A DNA stretch of 64,000 nt from Octopus vulgaris. Its lineage: Eukaryota. The stretch lies in contig OX597837.1 in the NCBI GenBank assembly GCA_951406725.2, positions 2,728,001-2,792,000 of the forward strand. The letters are read 5' to 3'. The position numbers and the translations under genes are program-made. The number at the start of each line of letters is the position of its first letter. Positions within the stretch are counted from its first letter, which is position 1. Under the pieces are notes generated by a model that had not been told where the DNA came from, ran no database searches, and saw only the letters and a list, made by a program, of their open reading frames with translations. Below, piece after piece: positions 62,095 through 64,000 of the stretch.

Positions 62095-62840
62095 TGCATC
62101 TTGCCCTTGTGTGAATATTAATTCATAAGCGTATTTATTCAGGAGAAAAAGTGTTTTACTGTGATATGTCTGATAAATCAGTCATGAAGATAATATGGAC
62201 GCCGCTCGGGCTCGAAAATTGAACCATTATGTAAACCTCCTCGAGGAATGTGAAGATGCAGGCTGGAAAGTGGAACATTTTCCAATTGAAGTCGGATGTA
62301 GAGGGTTCGTTGGACACAGTGTGAGACGACTGTTGTTATCTCTAGGCCTAACTCATCGTAAAGTCAATACCACCATGACCGATATCCAAACTACAGTGGA
62401 GAAGGCTAGCCACTGGATTTGGTTAAAAAGAGACGATGAGCAATGGCTAGAAGAATATTGAGCCTTATTTGATAACCAGCTGACCTAGCAAGTGGAGCCT
62501 CATATCAGTGAGGGGGGGGGCGATGTGCATTGATGCCGTCGAGTGGTAGGCCCCAAAACAGCGCGCATTCTTTCCTGATGAACCCATACACTTGCTGGCT
62601 TCCGGTATGCGGAGCTTTTGACTTGTAGCACTTGCATGTGCAAGTTGTTTGCAAGACATATGTCTGATAAATCAGTCATGCTGCAAACAAATGAGATGAA
62701 GGTACACAAGACCATTATATAAGAGAGAAACCATATTATTGTGATATCTGTGACAACTCCTTCACTGATTGAAGTAAATCAACTGCTCACAAATGTAGAG
62801 CAAAAGCCATATCACTTTGATACAAGGGGTAAATCTATCT
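62095..62840 (+). pseudogene. Decayed zinc-finger repeats 3' of ZNF-C, split by a LINE insertion
   Basis: Finger-like DNA at 62095-62186 and 62700-62840 (gagaaaccatattattgtgatatctgtgac...). Confidence 0.75.
62187..62657 (+). mobile_element. 5'-truncated Hero/NeSL-like RLE non-LTR retrotransposon
   Basis: RKLNHY..L..EC..AGWKV...PIEVGCRGFV...L..LG......EKASHWIWLKR; exact 23-bp TSD atatgtctgataaatcagtcatg. Confidence 0.85.
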
Positions 62841-63012
62841 CTCGAGCAGCTATTTAACCTAATGCTTATTTCTTCACATTGATATGAATTAGTCTTGATT
62901 TACCTCATAGCTTTGAGATTTCGGTGACATGATTGTTGACTTTTAGTAAAATAATTGCAAGCAATAATAAATCTCTGAACGAGGTATAAAGAGTAACTGC
63001 AGGACAATGTGA

Positions 63013-63176
63013 GGTATGTTTGCCATCTCAATATGGCTGACCACTAAGGGTGGGTGTTACTGTAGCTTGTATCCCCAGGAGAACAATAGCCAGTTGGAGA
63101 CGATGTTCTCCTGGGGCTACAAGCTACAGTAACACCCACCCTTAGTGGTTAGCCATATTGAGATGGCAGACATACC
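63013..63176. repeat. 73-bp inverted repeat (long hairpin)
   Basis: Arms 63013-63085 and 63104-63176 with 3 differences; part of insert 62957-63176, which is flanked by a 12-bp TSD agtaaaataatt. Confidence 0.9.
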
Positions 63177-64000
63177 AGTAAAATAATTATTGTAGGGTAA
63201 TTGTGAGGCTGGATCTGGCCAGTTGGAAGACGAAGCAGGGAGATCATTTTGGCCGGATATGGACAAATGTGTCATATGTTCTCAGTCGTATACAAACAGG
63301 TGAAATTAAGGTGGTGAGCTGGCAGAAACGTTAGCACGCTGGGCGAAATGCTTAGTGGTATTTCGTCTGCCGCTACGTTCTGAGTTCAAATTCCGCCGAG
63401 GTCGACTTTGTCTTTCATCCTTTCGGAGTCAGTTAAATAAATACCAGTTACGCACTGGGGTCAATATAATCGACTTAATCCGAATACAATTTGGTTTTGA
63501 AATATCTTCAATGTCTTATAACTGATTCTGGGAAAAACTATCAGTGATGTTAGAAAAGGTTTTGTCGGACAAGATCACAGAATATGTGATTGTATGGGCT
63601 GTAGGGAACCACAGCACCATTTGTCAAAAAGCATATCAGGAATAACTTTTACATCCATCACATGTGTTAGACATTCCAGCATCAGTACATTTCTGATTAC
63701 ATTGTATCTAGGACTTTAGAGCAATAAATTTGTCACATGATTATTTAAACTTTAGATTGGCTCTTGTTATATTTACTTTATTTTATATGGAAGTATTATG
63801 ATCTTATGTTGACTTTCAAGTCTTTCTCTGATTATCCCCCTTGAAAGCATGCTCATGGTTTCCACATAAGTTATGGAAGCTTTGCTGTTTCCAGAGTTAT
63901 ATTTTCATTTCTCTATTATTATTTTTATTCGCATCTCTATCTTAGTTGAAACTGATGGATAAAGAGATCAAACTACATAAATAAACGGCAGCAAAACCGT

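Noticed and set aside
62525-62600. ctgatga and ccaaaac in the Hero-like 3'UTR as a possible hammerhead
   Set aside because: No stem II pairing is consistent with any hammerhead topology.
1-64000. Most 60-130-aa ORFs in the supplied track
   Set aside because: They are chance frames through SINEs and microsatellites, or antisense frames of zinc-finger repeats (e.g. 45748-45978, 54783-54986); no protein-family signature.

Overview
AT-rich, repeat-dense animal DNA. The SINE families and the clustered C2H2 genes point to a coleoid cephalopod, most likely Octopus (inference). Reading splice sites by eye gives five genes. (1) The last five coding exons of a + strand CENP-P-like gene (496-9413), largely missed by the ORF track. 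(2) A complete 9-exon transaldolase gene on the - strand (CDS 39730->15257, 990 nt, 329 aa), convergent with it. (3-5) Three tandem, effector-less C2H2 zinc-finger genes on the + strand (45225-47147, 54353-55993, 60598-62094), head-to-head with transaldolase. Each ZNF gene has a paralogous non-coding first exon, one intron and a tail of dead fingers. The rest is SINEs, LINE fragments (RTE, R4/Dong, CR1, Hero-like) and DNA-transposon derivatives (mariner, piggyBac, Merlin-like, Helentron-like). The most unusual observations are: antisense zinc-finger relics inside two ZNF introns (possible built-in dsRNA/editing guides), patchwork near-identity between ZNF-B and ZNF-C (gene conversion), three different insertions at one homologous intronic site, a CpG-decayed hammerhead ribozyme, and several long fold-back hairpins. 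All alignments and counts were done by eye; family names and human exon sizes are from memory, not from a search.
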